Below, piece by piece: positions 13,085-25,823 of a stretch of 64,000 nucleotides of DNA. The stretch comes from Trichoplax adhaerens (Eukaryota; Animalia; Placozoa), in the NCBI RefSeq assembly GCF_000150275.1, contig NW_002060947.1:5834855-5898854 (forward strand), read 5' to 3'. The notes below the pieces were generated by a model. It did no database searches, was not told the DNA's origin, and worked only from the letters and a program-made list of their open reading frames with translations. The stretch's first letter is position 1. Each line of letters starts with the position of its first letter. The position numbers and the translations under genes are program-made.

Positions 13085-13670
13085 TGTCACAACCCTCACT
13101 TGTGGCAAAGGTAAGTAAAGAACTCTAGTGTAGTTACTTAAAACTTGGGCTATTTCTCCCAGTACTTTCAGTTTCTATGAGAGAAGTATTTGAGAACTCG
13201 ATTTCTCGGCTGATCTCCACAGACAACTGACTAATTATTACACTATTCTTCACGATATGAGTCTTGCCGTTCTGAGCAATTACTTTCTTTATTCTACAAA
13301 CACACGCGCTTAAATAGGTTTCTACAGTGAATTCCAATATTAACGAGTGAGAATTCATGCTTTACAAGTTACATTAATTAGTATAATACCATTACTAAAT
13401 ATACATGCCGATATTCTCAGACTTAGATAGCTACAAGCTGTCAGGTGTTAAGACGCTTAACCTTCATCCATATACAGCTCAATTTTTAGAGATTAACATA
13501 CCTTATAAACCTACAGTAAATTAACTGCTAACAACTTCTATTTTTATCTCATTTCTACCATCCTATTATCAGCTACAAGCGCATTAAAACATAGCACATA
13601 ACCTTATCTTATCTATTCATAAGCATTCATTAATTTACAGTTACTTAATTAGTAACGGCGTACCGTGACA
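13085..13670 (-). mobile_element. Solo LTR (family B), 586 bp
   Basis: TGTCAC...GTGACA termini with a perfect TSD AGTTA. The - strand starts tgtcacggtacg as in family A and carries ctatttaagc followed by aataaa about 20 bp later. Confidence 0.88.
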
Positions 13671-14840
13671 AGTTATAGGATTGATTACGAAGACGTAGTA
13701 ACTTTGAAATTAACGAGTAATTCATGAATTAATCAATTCTAGAAACAACGTTATGAATTGAGTACAACTCTAACGATTACAAAGCTTATACTATGCAATT
13801 CTATATTAATATTCTTTTTAAAATCATTTTGAATATATCAAAAGAAATATTTCTGTTGATTTTGTGAATAGTTTTGAGTATACTCGTACATAAATTTCTT
13901 AATATCTAATTAAGATCTATATCCTTGTAACTATGCTGATATAAAAAGTAAAGCAACGATATTGGAATTTCCTGTCATTTTAATAAATTAGTATTATTAT
14001 TGGTACTTTTCTAAAGCTATTTATACTCAATTCAAGACATCCCAACAAAGTACAAGTCTGTATAATAATTCTGATGCATCAACTGCTGAAGCAGCCTCAC
14101 ATCTACATTGCTGAATAATTCATTTATGCGTTTCACATATATGAATATAATGTACTGTTAATAAAGCATAAGTTGACGTTAATTAGACCTATAAATAAAA
14201 TCATTTTAATTTTTTATATAACTGTTATTAGAAAGGATTTAATAGCGTATAATTACTTTAGTTAGCTAAGAGATAGTATGATAAGAGTATCAATTCACAT
14301 CTATAAGCTAAACTATAGTAAGCACTACAATAGTTTAGTGAAATATACTGTCAAAGATATTGAGGTGCTAATTATAATATATAAAGTTTAGTTGCAGCCT
14401 ATCAGAATTTCAAAGTCGTAATTTATAATTAATTAGTTGTTTTGTTATAATTATTCGTCACAATTTCACTTAGGAACTACATTAGATCTCAATGATTGTA
14501 CTTAGAAAGATAGATAATGGATTTTTAGCTTACGGTGAACTAAGCATTTAATGAAATGGAAAAAAATGTCGGTATTAATAAATTAAACTGAGCACTCTCG
14601 CAATTCTGAATAACTATGTAACTATAGATTAAAAGTGTATGGGTAATGCACGATGCCTAAATAATGTTCAATATATTAACATAACGGTCATTAAAATTTT
14701 ATTTTTTATAAGTAATACGCAAAAATTTTATAATTTCATCACATAATAATACGTAAGTAGCTGCTTCAGCTAGTTATTATTAGATATTTTCGAATTATAA
14801 TGTATTTTAAGCGACTATAAAATTTCCATATTCTATCGAC

Positions 14841-17800
14841 ATGTTTAAAAAGAAATTTACAAATGTTGTGACTTTTGTAAGTACGATGCCTTGCATACAC
14901 ACAATTTAATCTTAGAAATACGATAGTATCTCCAACCACAGCTCAGATTGGTGTTTATTTCTAGTATTGAAAATTTGCTATTCATTAGATGATGAAATTC
15001 TCTATAAAATTATTACTATAAGTTATCTCAATTTTATTCTTTAAGTTACGTTTAAATGTGGATCTTTTCATGTTGTCATTTCATGAAGTACTTTTGTTCT
15101 TCCTTGGGGCGTATCTATACTTAGTTTGCCTTCAGTGAGTAAGTACGAAAGATATTAACACATCGCTCAGTTTAGACCAAGGCATGCATATGTAGTAAAA
15201 GGACTAAAAGTAGAGTCCTTTGTAGTTTTTAGTATGTAATTAGTATTATTTTACTATACAAAATACCTACAAAGTGATAGTGTCTTTAAGTTTTACCCTG
15301 CCAAATCATCATGTCGCCATCTTTTCTTCTTCATTATTTTACAAGGTATTATATAGATTACTATAGAAGTAGCCCTATAGAGCAAATGCCTAATCTAAAG
15401 AAAGGGCGTTTGATCGTCTATTCAAATTGTAAAGAAATTTGACTTAGTAGCAAAACCCTATCCTTAGAGAAAGGGGATTTATAACATGACGATAAAGTAC
15501 TGTAATGTAGTCTATACTCGTACAGTTACAGTACAATCTGACGCTAAAACATCAACTGTCAATACTCGCGAATACTAAGCGGTACTAATGTCAGAAAAGT
15601 AGTCGTAGTAGTCATATAAATTTTTTTGATAAGCGATTACTGTGATCTTCATAAAAAGCGAATTTTTCCGGATTTGTGTCCGATATAGTTTTCGGATTCT
15701 GGGACCGGTCGGGTTTGTGTCCGATATAATTTTCCTTTCTGTTTTATTTTTGGATTTTTGTTCATGAAAAATATCGTAAGAGTTGATTTTTGAGATTTGG
15801 ACTTTTTGTTATAAATTTGAAACTTTGGAATTTTATGACGTGACTTGAAGTCACATTAGGAGATTTAGTGAGGAAAATAGAAAATAAGATGGAAATTGGC
15901 AGAGGTTGTGTTGATTGTTAGGTAGTTAGAATGTTGTTTTTATGACTAAATCTTGATGTTTAAAGGTTGATTTTTAGATTTTTATAGTGTATTAATGATA
16001 GAAATTATGTTAGAAATGAAGTTTGATGTATTTTTATAGTTAGCTTATTACTTTTATAGTGTTTTGTAAGGGAATCGTAGGGTAAATTGTGTCTGAACTT
16101 TGAATGATTTTTGTTTTCTTAAATGGTGCAAAGTAGTTTTGTAAAACGGATCTTAAGAGCGATTGGTTAGCAAATGTTTAGTTTTAAATACCTCTGACGG
16201 CTCTACGAAGCCTATAAATGATAGTGCAATTAGAAAATTTAGGGAGAGAGTAGAAGAAGATGTTATTTGAAGAACTTGTTGAATTTTAAAGGCCTTCGGG
16301 GTCGAATTGTCGTAAGTTAAAACGTTCTTCTTTTTGAAAGGTTGTTTGGTCGTTGACAGTTTTTAAGTCTGTCATTTATTTTAATAATACTTAAAGCTAA
16401 GTATTTGTAAGGTTGTTCGGTTTATACTTCTCTCCATTTTTGTTTTGATATAAATTGTTGTTCGGTTATTTCCCCAAATTTTATTTGGTGTCAAAGTATT
16501 AGCGTTAAGTCGACCGGAGTGCAACGAAAGTAGAATCAAAGTTTGTTAAAGTTTCGTAGCTTGATCTCTACACATTTCATTTCATTACACATAAAATCAA
16601 ACCCATCCAGTAGTCAACTAGTATGACACATCCGAAATTTATCTCTTGTTTTATTTCGATTAAAATTCAAAAGCTGACCAGGTCTTTAAAATTCATATTG
16701 TATTAATCCAAAATTTATAAAGTTAAGAAATTTTGGCTTCAAATCAGCATTACAAATCCTGCATGATACCATGTTGCTGATTTACAGTTTACCTTTAGTG
16801 AAGCTCGATTTTATTATCAATATCACGGTCGTGATTTAGCCATACTCAATTTGGAGGAAAGCTTACATCATTTGGAAATAAGTTTTTCATAAGCTTGGTT
16901 TAAAAAGCAACGTTTGGATTGGGTTAAAAATGAAAATTTGACCGGTTATAACAATAGACAAATTTGGATTAATGGGACTGTCCCTACATATACTAACTAC
17001 TTGTAAGCACCCAATGGAAGTGTAGAAGATTGCTATCTTATGCGATATACCCATCCATATTCATGGTATAAAAGCCCCTGCAGTTCTACTGAATACTTTA
17101 TTTGTGAAAAAAAGTAATTTACTTTTCTGGCCGATGATGTTTTACTTGGACTGTTATTATACCACTTAATTAAAGTCCATTCTCTATAATAATATAAAAT
17201 ATATGATTATATTGCGCCCAAATTTCATATGTGAAATGTATTTTTACTCGTAAGTTAATATTCATACAGAACTTAATTAAAATTTAATAGCTCTATGAAG
17301 TAACTAATTGTTACGGTGTTGCCTTGTCATTAGGATAGTTTAATAAGTACAGTAGTAGCTAGTATGAAGAATATCCATACTTGTAGTGCTAGGTAAGATA
17401 AGTAATGCCTTAACGCGGATGTCGTTTGTAATAGTTCATTACATATTTGATATTGATTGTTATTGTGTGATAGATAGCAGTAAGATGATTCAAACTCTAG
17501 TTGATGATAGTTGAATTGGACAACCTACGAGCTTAGATTAAGATTAAGTATGAGTAAGAGATTCAAAACATTTACTGATAGAAAAGCTATGTAAGGAACA
17601 TCTCAGTTCGAGATGTTTCACCTAGTAAGGTATAATAAATAATACTGTTGTTGTTTACAAATTATACGGTTCCTATATAAACGGGAACATTTGAGTTGAG
17701 TGGCGTGGTAAAAAGTTGTAGATGTATCTTTGCTAATAAAAGTTTCATCTTTACAGTATTTTGCTGTGTGTGTTTAACGTTAAGTAAAAGGGGGTTTAAG

Positions 17801-19561
17801 TCTGTAGCTACTTATAGACTTACTGTACGTTACCTTGTCGCAGAAATGAAATTGTGACACTAATTTGCAAAATTCTTTTGTTATATTACTTAATTTATGG
17901 TATATTTATTTGATTAATTCAATAATACAGTAGATCCTTCTTCGGCATTCAGATAATAAGTACGTCATGATGGATACTTCTTGCAGACAATTGTAGATCG
18001 CAGTAAAATTAACTTTATTTCTCGCAACTTAAGTGTTTCATTATTGAAAAATTGTCATTACAATAACTTATATACAATATTTTAAAAAATTAATAATCTT
18101 GACCTTTTGCCTTAAAGCTTTAGTTTGCGATTTAGGTTCTATATTCAATATTAGATAAGCACAGTAATTCTTAGCCTTTTTTAAATTTATGACATAACGC
18201 TTAAATTAGCCTAAATAAATGCTGATTACATTAAGTTAAGAGAAATGCATTTTTGTACTTCATGATCACTATATGTAAATGGTAAGCTTTAAGATTAAGC
18301 ATTCAGTAATTTTGCATTCTCTATTAAATGTCTTAAATATTCGTCTAAAATTGATTATCTATTTATCGCAGTGGATTGCTTTTTCACAGTCAAGAATGAG
18401 AATCGATTTTTTACCTATAGGACTGCTATTGACAATTACAATGAAAGTCAACTATGGTGTATTACTAATGGTAGTGATTTGGCGATCATTGATAATGAGG
18501 AACTAAGCATTATATTTAATGCTGTATTTTATTTTGGGATTATATTTGTTGGCTTAGTAGATGAGTACGGTTTAAACAATTATACGCAGTATGTCTGGGT
18601 AGACAATATTATAGCTAATACTTATATTAACTAGTATAATTTCCTCCTACTTCCTGATGATGAATGCACTGTGCATGTACATTTGCATCCAATTTTTGAT
18701 CCTATCAAATGGGTTCCATTGGCGAGCAAACTGCTACATCCTGCATTATGCGAAGATAGCGAATACGGTATGTACAATCAGGTCCTGAAACGAAATCCAA
18801 ATTATTTAAAATTTATCATAAGCAGGAAATGTTTGAATATTCATTTCTATTATTTTTCAAATAGCTTTGTCACAGGTAGACATCAGCCATGAAAATGATA
18901 AGTCAAATTCCATTCTTTAATTTTGCATCTGAAAGCAATCAAACTTTAAAGCAGTTCTTGCAGGTAATAAGCTTTTATAAGCGATTGAAAGCTGGCTCTT
19001 TATAAATGGTATCTAGAAGCATGAATATTGTAATTCCTATAGTTGTTTTTAAGTAGCATGCATTATTACTAATAAATCTAGTCAATAAACTACTCATTAT
19101 AAGTAAATTCCTGAAATTGTAACATTTTGGTTAATATACTTGTGGTATTAAAATTTACGGTTAGTGAGGTTTACTGCTACAGTACTCTCCAGCACTATTT
19201 TATTAAGTCAAGTATTGGTGAAATTGAAAAGTTCTAAATACTGCATCATACTAGAGTCCTCTTAATAAGTTTATACTGATGGGCATGATGACATGGGATT
19301 AAGATAACGACAACAAAACTGATAATGTTTCTTCAACATCTTTGTAGTCGAAGATATTATGTCTTGGCTTCATCGGCTACAAGCAATCAGACGACAGTCT
19401 CGACATCCATTCTAAAGATATCAATTAAAGGAATATCTTGTGTTTGTTGTTCAATATATTCTTCGTTAAACAAATTTTGTCGATGTTTAAGTTATAAGAA
19501 TTATAATTTAATCGATTATAATATTAATACTCGCGTTCTTTTTCGATTTTGTCATGTTTAA
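14841..19561 (+). pseudogene. Lectin-lectin-PAN copy 4, pseudogene
   Basis: Same six-exon layout as copy 3: 14841-14876 (36 nt), about 15090-15138 (FVLPWGVSILSLPSV), 16723-17113 (CTLD1 with TGA/TAA stops and frameshifts), about 18372-18768 (CTLD2 with W to TAG at 18632), linker about 18865-18963, PAN exon about 19345-19561 (GISCVCCSIYSSLNKFCRCLSY). Confidence 0.82.
17309..17859 (+). mobile_element. Solo LTR (family D), 551 bp, in intron of lectin copy 4
   Basis: TGTTAC...GTGACA termini with a perfect TSD CTAAT, cctatataaa near 17672 and aataaa near 17735. Confidence 0.88.
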
Positions 19562-22061
19562 ATAGATATTTAGATTTAGTTTACAGTAATATATTGCGAC
19601 CAAAATTTAGTTTCACATTTTGATCACATTTATTACTTATAGAAACTGTATAGAATTATTAAGCTTTTCCTGCTATTTATAATTTATGGAAGCCATAGCA
19701 TAAAATCGTGCTATATTGAAAAAATTGAAAAATGAGTTCTTAGACAGTAAAATTGGATTAATCAATTGATGATTACAGTCCAAGTATTACAATAAAATTT
19801 GGTAAATTTGAGTAAAAATTTACTATGGCAATATGCTTTAACAAAACTAAGTAAATAGATAAAATGAACTATTCGGAAGGGTACAGTTAATATTAAATAA
19901 ACTAGACTTTGACTGTGTTAATTGAGGCGACTATCTTTCTATTGGAAATAAATTTTACGGTTTACATTGGCTATAAATAAGGTCGTTTACGGTACAAGAA
20001 TACAAATATAAGTGATATATTTTACCTATTTGGCCGCATATTTTCAAAGTTACCACTAAAGTACTTTAATTCGTCAGTTAAAATTCTGCAATGATAGTCA
20101 TTATTAAAAATTTGCCATTGCAGTGTTGGAAATCGTTTGAATATTTCCTATAGGATTTCTGAATTTATTAGGCCGTTTATATAATCGGTTTAGAGTTTCA
20201 AAATTCGAATTAGTATTACGACTTGGAAACCTAAGAGCATTTCCTAGGAAATTCATCATAGCTTCATTTGTATATTTTATAACGTGTATTCTCGATTCAC
20301 GAAAATATGGTAGGATCAAAGTCGACAAGACAGTTAGATTTGATAGCAACCTTGAAATGCTCATTAAATTACTCTATTTCACGATCGAAAATATTAATTA
20401 AATTCATCAAAATTACTGTAAGCGTCTATTTGCACCTAAAATACATGGCATTCAAGCTAGATTATATTGAATTCTGGTAGTGCTAAATCATATTCATTTT
20501 GCAGCAACTCTTTTGCATTAAACTAGATAATCAGCTTATTTAGAGACTGCAATAGAGTACCAACTCTGATACTTTGTGATATAGTTAGTTCCAATATTGA
20601 AGATCGCATAAACGTATTTAATCTTATTTGAAAATGTTGAAAAGTGAATTTGCTCGATTCGATAATGATATTGAGTATTCATAACAAAGTACAAACTAAA
20701 CCGTTAAATATGTAACAAGGGAAGATACAGTGTACAATACTGCAATTACAGCAGACATCATATCTATAGTACGAATTTTATTACCATTCAAGGGATATCA
20801 TTAGCTTGAATAGTTAAGTACGGTATTTAGACTGAGCACTAAACATTGAAAAATTCAGATTGAAATTTGCAGATAAGTACTGCAAGTCACAAGATCATTT
20901 CTGCTCGCCTAATTACCTGAAGAAGATTAGCTCATCAATGTAATCTATTAGATTAATATTTCAACGTAAATTTCATAGTCGCAATCTTATAGAATACAGA
21001 GAGAAACAGTTATCCAACCAGGAAACTATTATAAACATAATCAAATATATTTTACATTAAAATAAAATTAGCAGATAAATTTCTTGTCTGGATAGATAAT
21101 ATTTCATGCAGTTTTCTGTTTCATCTAGAAGAAATTGAAAAGAAAATAGTGGCTTCTAAATGATATCCAGTAAATCATAGTTTTTCTCTTAATTTTAAAA
21201 ATATTGAATACGTTATCCTACTATCTCTTTATTAATTAATTCATTACCGATTTATTACTAATAATGGTATCATTTTGAAGAGTTCGATGTTTTTTAATTG
21301 CAAGATTAATTAGTGATTTACGTATAATGGGTTGTTATAGCGACTTTTACTCTGTAGTTTCAATTAATTTGGATTGCAATACCTCCATTTTCTTTCGCTA
21401 TTGCTTCAAAATGTAAACTGAGAATAAATTAAGCATAGCAGAACTATTCGATTATGCGTGTACTTGAGATCGTTAGATAAATTATAATATTAGCGTCAAT
21501 ATCTGCTTAGATCAGACAAAAACGTCAATACATGTAGAATTTATATGAGAAATAAAATTCTATACAATTCTATTTTGTTACAGAAAATCATTCCACTTTA
21601 TACAATAGGAAATAAAGATCCTTCTGAGAGTTTTTTTTTCCTATTAAGTTATTGCTTTGTGATAATTTCTAATGACCATAATTCTAATAAAATTATTCGC
21701 TTTTCTTAAATTTATTTATTAAACGATGCATATTTTATCCTACATGGTCAAGTCATATAGTAGAAGCTAAAATTTAGGGAGCTATTCAATTTATGATAAA
21801 ATTTTTATTGCCTAACTGCCTGGGTTTAGGTACTATGGGTGATGCTTTTATAATATTTCGTAATTAAGAAAACTATAATCATTAATTACGAGGCTGGTAC
21901 ATCGTGGTGTAGGCCTATAATATCGGATACCAGTTGTCATATGTTAGGTATAATCTAACTTTATTTGAAATTGTCTCTTCAATCGTAAAAGATGCAATCG
22001 TATTAGTATTGTCTTTACTATTCCGGCTGAAGCATATTTTAAAATTAATGGAATTGATGAG

Positions 22062-22502
22062 TGTCGCGGTACGAACTACCGTGAAGAAATAGCTATCTAA
22101 ATTTGGTTAATATAATATAGTGATATTATATTACAACTAGTTACTTACAATAGGAATTACTCTAATTATAAATGTGTTACAGTAAATTTAATGCTGTGCT
22201 GTAATGTGCACTGAAATGATTCTGTGAATGGACATATTGTAGTCCGGCTGTGAAAAATTAGTTAGTAGATGTTCTCACCTAAGTATTTTTATAAGATAAC
22301 TTGTGAATGTTAGCTGCTGTAGAAGGGTATATAAGCCCGTCAGATAGTTGAATAAAGTAGTTCTAAATTGTCTAGTTGAGTTTAACGTAGAATCAAAGGC
22401 GTCTAAATTCTTGTGAGATAGTTAAAGGATACTGGATCCCGGAGACTATAGTAATTTAGAGATTTGTTTACGTTATCCTTGTCACGAAGCTGGTTTGTGA
22501 CA
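22062..22502 (+). mobile_element. Solo LTR (family A), 441 bp
   Basis: TGTCGC...GTGACA with a perfect TSD ATGAG. It differs from 12589-13018 only by scattered substitutions and small indels. The different TSD shows an independent insertion. Confidence 0.92.
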
Positions 22503-23101
22503 ATGAGTTCCTTTAAATTTGAGTTTGCAATAAATCAGACATGTCATGGATTGCGCTGGTATCTTTAACGATTCCAAACTGAACATTTTGACATAGAATA
22601 AAGCAAGTGCTAATGACCCAACTAAACGTGTTACTATTCAATTAAGGGTAATTGGCTGATAAATTATTACTAGCGGTATTAGAATTTTACATATCGTGAT
22701 CACGATCATGTGATTTTTCGATCATGCGCTGATCAAATAATTTTAACACCCGTTACATCTTTAATATCCGGTGCGTAATAACGGTAACATTAGAATTGAA
22801 ATATAACGATATATATATATATACATCGTTTATTTAATTTAAATTATCTCTTGACCACAAATTTGCTTTGGAATTACTTAAGATTATTTACAAGGACTTG
22901 TCCTCCACCATTATCTATAATCGGGTGCCGCTTAATCGAATCAATTTAAGGTGAGAGTGGAGAAGAAATAAAATTAATCAAGATTTTATCACTCATGGTC
23001 AATATCTTTCGATTTGCCAGAGTTAAATGAAAGCCGCTGCATTGTTAACAGTAAAACAAGTATATAGCTGAAGGATCATCTGACATTAGAGATAACTCAA
23101 A

Positions 23102-25823
23102 ATGGATCTAGTAGCCCTTCGTAAAGAAAGTGACGATCTCTATTATTGCGGAAATTTTTTAAAAGCTATTAATAAGTACCAACAAATAATTCAAGCCTAC
23201 CAGAATGACGATCTTAATGATAGTCAAGGAAAAAAATATTATGATGATCTTCTTCGCCTATCAGATTGTTTCTGTAAGTCGTATAATTATCAGCAAGCCT
23301 TAAAATATTGTGATATTTCCCATTCTATTGCTGTTAAACTCAATGATAAAGTTCGTATTTCGAGAAGCAATGATATTTACGGCGATGTCAAGAGAATGCA
23401 AGGCCGATATCAGCAAGCTATGGATTGTTATCAGCAATCTCTTAAAATAAAACTCGAAATATTAGATGATCAAGGCATTGATATCGGTATCTCTTATTAT
23501 CAGATCGGTAGAATATACTCATTACAAGGAAAATACAACAATGCGTTGTCCTATTTACAGCAATCGTTAGATATTATACGCCAAAATATTACAGAGGTAG
23601 CTAATAAGTCAAATATAGGCAAAATTTATAACGAAATAGGATTGGTTTATTGCTCTCAAGGTAAATACAAGGATTGTATATTTGCACATGAGCAAAGTTT
23701 AATGGTATATCGTGACGCCGTGGGTGAGAATTGTTTAGGAGTTTGTGATTCATTTAATAACTTAGGATTAGTATATGATTTAGGAGGCAAATATGATGAG
23801 GCAATCGATATGCATCAAAATTCGCTAAGCAAGAAATTGAATATTTTCGGCGAAAATAGCATGGCAGTAGCAGAATCTTATTATAACATAGGTATCGTAT
23901 ATCGATCGGAAGGCAAATATAAAGATGCAAAGATAATGTTTAAAAAATGTCTCAAAATTCAGATAGATTTAATGGGTGAAGATAATATTTACGTTGCTAA
24001 AACGCTTGATGGAATAGGCCAGTTAGATACTAGAATGGACAATTATGAGCAAGCACTTGTAAGTCTCAACAAATCACTAAAGATAGAAACAGAAATATTA
24101 GGAGAGAATAGTTTGGAAGTTGCATCTACATTAAACAATTTGGGTTTACTGTTTAAATTACAAAACATGTACGAAGATGGCTTGCTAATGCATAAAAAAG
24201 CTCTAAGCATCCAAAAAAATATCACGGGAGAGCATAGCTTGAGAATAGCTAGTTCCTTTAGTGGGATAGGATTAATTTATAATTGTCAAGGCAAATATGA
24301 AGATGCCATAGTTATGCTTCAAAAGTGCTTGGAGATCGAACTGAAATTATTAGGAGGAAAGCATTGATGTTGCCAATTCGTATAATAACATCGGACTAAC
24401 TTATACTTTCCAAGGAAAGCTTAGTAAAGCATTAGAAATGCATCAGAAGTGTTTACAGATTCAACGAAAAATATTAAGTGAAAAGAATATGGACATAGCA
24501 TCATCTTATAATAATATTGCTTCGATCTGTGAATCGCAAGGTCGATATGACGATGCAATAGGCATCCATCAAAAGTCATTGCTTATTCAACTTGAAATAC
24601 TTGGAGAAAAACATGCGAATGTTGCCATCTCATATAACAATCTTGCTTCAGTTTATAGCTCACAAAAAAAATATCTTCAAGCCCTGGGAATGTACCAGAA
24701 AAGTTTAAGTATAGAACTAGCAAGGCTGGGAGAAAATAATTTACGTATTGCTACATACTATAACAACATTGGAATAGTCTACAAAGCTCAAAAAAATTAT
24801 GGTGAAGCAATACTGATGTTGCAGAAAGCTTTGAAGATTCGGTTAGATATTTTAGGCGAAAATCATATAGATGTAGCAGATTCTTATGCCAATATTGCCT
24901 CAGTTCTTATAAGTCAAGAAAATTACGAAGAAGCTGTATTAGCGCTGATGAAATGCCTAGCTGCTCAAAAAGCCACTGTTGGAGAAATGCATTTAGATGT
25001 TGCTAGAACATACAATAACCTTGGATATGCATACTATTCTCAAGAGTTATGTAACAAAGCTTTAAATTCCTTACTAAAATGTTCAGAAATACAGAAAAAT
25101 CTACTGGGAGAAAATCATATCGATATAATGAATACTTTTAAGCTTATGGCTACTATCTACAAAGAACAGGGAAACTTTCAAGCAACATTAGACATACATC
25201 AAAGAATGTTAAAAATCTACGTCAACACTAAAGGTAAGAAATTTTTATATATAACTTTTCTTATGTTCAAATTGGTCAGGTTTATTATTACAAAGAGAAG
25301 TACCGTGAAGCTCTATTTCATTTTCAGAAGGTACTAGTGATTGAATTAGAGCTGGCTAAAAGGCAAAATGTAGAGATTGCTAAAAATGCTACTATTTTAT
25401 GGAGAGATATCTATGATAGTCTAAATAAGTTTAGAGCTGCTTTAAAATTTTGGCAAAGATATTTAAATATTTAGCCAAGCTTGTTGAAAAAATGACTTAA
25501 CTATTGCACAGACGTACAATTCCATATAGGTATCCTATTTATCAATGCATAAATATGAAAATAACTTAGCAAAGTATGAAAATTGCTTACAGATTCAGTT
25601 AGAATTACTAGGAGAGAAAAATTAAACTGTAGCTACGAGTTACTACACTATTAGTCAAACATATTGTGCTAAGAATCAATTCGATTTCGTTGTGAATTAA
25701 CATCAGAAATGCTTTAAAATTTGAATCGATTCGTTAGGTCATGATAGTGAAGAGGTAGCCGAAGCACGAGAAATTATAAAGAAGATATCTAATGAACAAA
25801 AGAAGAAATGTACTGTAATGTAA
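23102..25823 (+). pseudogene. TPR-array gene (42-aa kinesin-light-chain/nephrocystin-3-type repeats) with C-terminal CaaX, disrupted
   Basis: ORFs 23102-24367 and 24438-25337 join if a 2-nt deletion at about 24363 is restored (GGKH-[I]DVANSYNNIG). Further frameshifts and stops occur over 25240-25730. The original end reads ..KKKCTVM*. Paralog of 31903-34629 with nearly the same length. Confidence 0.88.

Noticed and set aside
13134-13358. 74-aa - strand ORF
   Set aside because: It lies wholly inside the family B solo LTR and has no protein motif.
20104-20700. 86-aa - strand ORF and surrounding coding-like sequence
   Set aside because: No recognisable domain or consistent splice pattern. It may be a decayed gene, but I cannot support a call.
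24438-25337. 299-aa TPR ORF as a separate gene
   Set aside because: It is the frameshifted continuation of the gene starting at 23102. Multiple downstream lesions argue against a single sequencing error or programmed frameshifting.
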